A stretch of DNA of 64,000 nt, from assembly GCA_050014195.1 (NCBI GenBank), contig JBEKDT010000007.1, forward strand, positions 96,001 through 160,000, given 5' to 3'. The notes beneath the pieces are model-generated. The model saw nothing but the letters and a program-made list of their open reading frames with translations, was not told the origin of the DNA and ran no database searches. The stretch is from Desulfomonilia bacterium. Its GTDB lineage: Bacteria > Desulfobacterota > Desulfomonilia > UBA1062. Each line of letters begins with the position of its first letter. Within the stretch, counting starts at the first letter, position 1. The translations under genes were made by a program, and so were the position numbers. Below, in pieces: positions 61,228-64,000 of this stretch.

Positions 61228-62220
61228 ATGACGTCTTCTGAGCAGATCAGGCTGCTCAATGACAATCCATTGAACATATCGTTTCATAAGAGGATCATCT
61301 CGCCTCTCTGCGCTGATGCCATCGACATACTCCAGATAAATGTGGGTAAAAGATGCAACCTCTCGTGCAGGCACTGCCATGTTGAGGCCGGGCCACACAG
61401 GTCAGAGGTAATGGGCATGCAGGTTTTCGAGAAGTGTCTTCAAGTGCTCCAAGATCACCCGATCGGTACCATAGATATTACCGGTGGTGCTCCGGAAATG
61501 AACCCTGAGCTTCCATGGTTTATTCAGGAAGCTGCCGGATTGAAGCGCAGGCTGATGGTTCGCTCGAACCTCGTTATCCTCCTTGAGAAGCCCTATGAGC
61601 ATCTCATAGACCTTTATGCAGATAATAAGGTCGAGATTATCGCCTCCTTGCCTGATTACCACGAAGAACGGGGCAACAGACAGAGGGGGGAAGGAGTTTT
61701 CAAGCGAATCCTGGAAGTGATGCGACTGCTCAATGAGCGGGGATACGGCAAGCCTGGGAGTAGCCTGATCCTGGATCTTGTCTATAATCCTGTGGGCACC
61801 TACCTGCCCGGGGCGCAGCAGGCCCTGGAGTATGAATATAAAACCAGGATGGAAAGCGAGCACGGAGTCGTCTTCAATACCCTCTATTGCCTGGTCAACT
61901 CACCAGTGGGCAGGTATCTCGACTATCTAATCCGATCGGAGAACTTTGAAGATTACATGCATGCCCTCAATACATCCTTTAACCCATCTACTATTCATTG
62001 TCTGATGTGCCGGAATACCCTGTCCGTAGGATGGGATGGGCACTTGTATGACTGTGACTTCAATCAGATGCTGGGTCTGACGGTTGAATGTACTCCCTCA
62101 AACAATATCAACAATTTTGATTTTGAAAGATTGAGAAACCGGAAGATCGTCATCGGCAATCACTGCTTTTCCTGTACTGCAGGTGCAGGTTCATCATGCC
62201 AGGGAGCTCTTGAAAAATAG
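61228..62220 (+). CDS. arsS: Radical SAM protein, ArsS/DUF3641 family (Cys form)
   Basis: LQINVGKRCNLSCRHCHV, DITGGAPE, YDCDFNQM, HCFSCTAGAGSSCQG. Confidence 0.85.
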   Translation: MTSSEQIRLLNDNPLNISFHKRIISPLCADAIDILQINVGKRCNLSCRHCHVEAGPHRSEVMGMQVFEKCLQVLQDHPIGTIDITGGAPEMNPELPWFIQEAAGLKRRLMVRSNLVILLEKPYEHLIDLYADNKVEIIASLPDYHEERGNRQRGEGVFKRILEVMRLLNERGYGKPGSSLILDLVYNPVGTYLPGAQQALEYEYKTRMESEHGVVFNTLYCLVNSPVGRYLDYLIRSENFEDYMHALNTSFNPSTIHCLMCRNTLSVGWDGHLYDCDFNQMLGLTVECTPSNNINNFDFERLRNRKIVIGNHCFSCTAGAGSSCQGALEK

Positions 62221-62309
62221 TTCACAACTGGAGATACCTTTACTTAGCATAGGTTGATCAAGCGGTAATAAACTTATATCCTCAATATTATGAAAAAGAG
62301 GTGGTAAAA

Positions 62310-62771
62310 ATGGGAGAGATCGTTCACACTTCACGCATCAAAATTTTCCGTGAAAAAGGCCCCACCCGAAGAGCACTCATTGAGGGGTTTAATGAGCCTG
62401 TATATTACGGTGTACATGGTGGGATAAAGAAGTTTTATAAAGTCGAACCTGAAAAGGAGCACGCTGCGACTCTTGATCATATCGTAGCAGCAGTTGCTGC
62501 CTGAATGATGGGAACACTGGCCACGGTGCTGGCCGGAAAAAAGATCCCCACCCCTGAAGATAAATACTGGGCAGAAGTTGAAGGTGATATCGAGGATGTC
62601 AATGGTATACTCAAGATCACCCGGATACGGGTGAATTACCATCTCAGATTGCTTCAGGAGAAAATCGGAGAGGCAAAAGAGGCCTTTTCTCTCTATCTCC
62701 CCTTTTGTCCCGCAGCCCAAAGCGTCATAGGCTGTATCGATATCAGGGATGATTTGATCATAGAGCAATAG
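62310..62771 (+). CDS. OsmC-like selenoprotein (UGA at 62502-62504)
   Basis: Two in-frame ORFs joined by TGA at the catalytic position AAVAA-U-MMGT; resolving FCPAAQS; SECIS-like hairpin CTGGCCACGGTGCTGGCCGG (62517-62536). Confidence 0.85.
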
Positions 62772-63257
62772 ACTGTATCATTGATTCGGGACAAGTTAAA
62801 TCATTGAGCTAAGAGTCCGGATGTCAGATCTTGTTCTCCAGATTGTCATTTTTTATGATCCACACAGAACACATAGATTCCGTGATAATCAAAGCCTGAG
62901 TTGAAGTTCTCGATACATAGATAATATGCCAAGGCCAATGGTTATTCCAGAGCATTTCTTTCCAAACGGAACGGTTTGCCCATAGTGAATATTTGTAACA
63001 AATAATCACCAATTGTTCATTAGCCGTGTGGAAGAGTGATATTTATTATTTCTATCAAGGATTTCTTTGGAGCTGCTTATCAAGCTTGTTTTTTGACTTT
63101 TGCTTCTGTTTTTCGATGTTCTGTTTTCGACCCTTTTCCTTATCTTTCTTGCCGCCCTTGTCTCCCATTACGTTTCTCCTTCATTATTAATTGTAATCTT
63201 GCATACTTTTCAAAACCGTGAATTCCACTTTCAGGAAGTACATCAAACGGATGAACC

Positions 63258-63551
63258 TTATTTCTCATCACTGTCATCTAATTTTGCCCTCAATGCAGTG
63301 GATAAGGAGAAGGTAATAGCACGCCTTGGGGATATGATCATTTCTTCGCCGGTCTTCGGATTACGACCTCTTCTCGCTCGCTTCTCCCTTACATGGAATT
63401 TACCAAAACCGGAGAAATTAACATCCTCACCCTTGCTCAGATTGGATTTGATAATCTGAATGAAAGTTTCGATACCTTCAGATGCAGTTACTTTATCCAG
63501 ACCTGTGTTCATGAGTATATCCTCAATAATATCCTCTTTGGTCAGATTCAT
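63258..63551 (-). CDS. IHF-alpha/HU-family DNA-binding protein
   Basis: MNLTKEDI..SGFGKF..R.GRNPKTGEE; AGGAG RBS before ATG 63551. Confidence 0.9.
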   Translation of the reverse strand: MNLTKEDIIEDILMNTGLDKVTASEGIETFIQIIKSNLSKGEDVNFSGFGKFHVREKRARRGRNPKTGEEMIISPRRAITFSLSTALRAKLDDSDEK

Positions 63552-63789
63552 ATGGTCTCCTCTTAAGAATAAAATTCTTACTGTGCTTATAAGGAATATA
63601 CCATATGTAAGATAACATTCCATAAGTTATCTTCAAACTGACCCCCCCCTCCCTTAATGCTTTGTTGATAGGATTGAGATGGTTTGAAGTATGATCCCGC
63701 ATGCAGCATGAAGATAGGAATATTATAATCAACCTTGCAAAGTAACTTTAACAATCATAGAATCAAATATTATATCAAGAGGAGTTTCC

Positions 63790-64000
63790 ATGAGGAAAAA
63801 GAGTCTGGAGTTCGTTCTGATGGTCAATGCTGTACTGGAGATCAAGGGTGATCAGGCACAGGTTGTTGTAAAAAATATCAAAGTAAAACCATCCATCATA
63901 TCTTTGCCAGTTGAGGCAGCTCCTACCATGAAGAGGAAACGTATAAAGAAGAAGCTCAGTAAATCAATCCATGACATAATCTTAGAATCTGCGAAAAAGG
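63790..64000 (+). CDS. Hypothetical protein, truncated by window edge
   Basis: GAGGAG RBS, ATG 63790, frame open to the end (MRKKSLEFVLMVNAVLEIKG...). Confidence 0.55.
   Translation, partial: MRKKSLEFVLMVNAVLEIKGDQAQVVVKNIKVKPSIISLPVEAAPTMKRKRIKKKLSKSIHDIILESAKK

Noticed and set aside
61228-62220. ArsS as a third selenoprotein
   Set aside because: The C-terminal GSSC position is TGC (Cys) and there is no in-frame TGA

Overview
This window looks like a large iteron-type conjugative plasmid, or an integrated copy of one. The host is probably an anaerobic, selenocysteine-using bacterium of Desulfobacterota/Syntrophales type (inference from gene content). In order: a partial archaeal-type ATPase; about 14 dispersed 19-bp iterons; repA-parA-parB; ardC; a Trb (P-type) mating-pair operon with a TraD/TrwB-type coupling protein and no relaxase in the window; a four-gene Dam-like methylase / calcineurin-like phosphoesterase / ORC-CDC6-like ATPase / CARF-like candidate defence operon; NERD, umuDC and SRAP; two establishment-type genes that share a structured upstream element with ardC; and a defence island (nuclease-STAND Avs-like gene, tyrosine recombinase, HEPN protein, patatin-CdnE CBASS preceded by two unknown genes, divergent CapH/CapP-like regulators). 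Next comes an IS1111-type IS110 inserted exactly into the terminal repeat of a MITE, with a candidate guide RNA loop matching that target. The right end holds envelope cargo and a redox island: two secreted msrAB, two UGA-interrupted selenoproteins that the ORF track misses or splits, a MerA/Lpd-like reductase, an ArsS-like radical SAM enzyme and an IHF/HU gene. All family assignments come from motif recognition by eye; no database searches were run.
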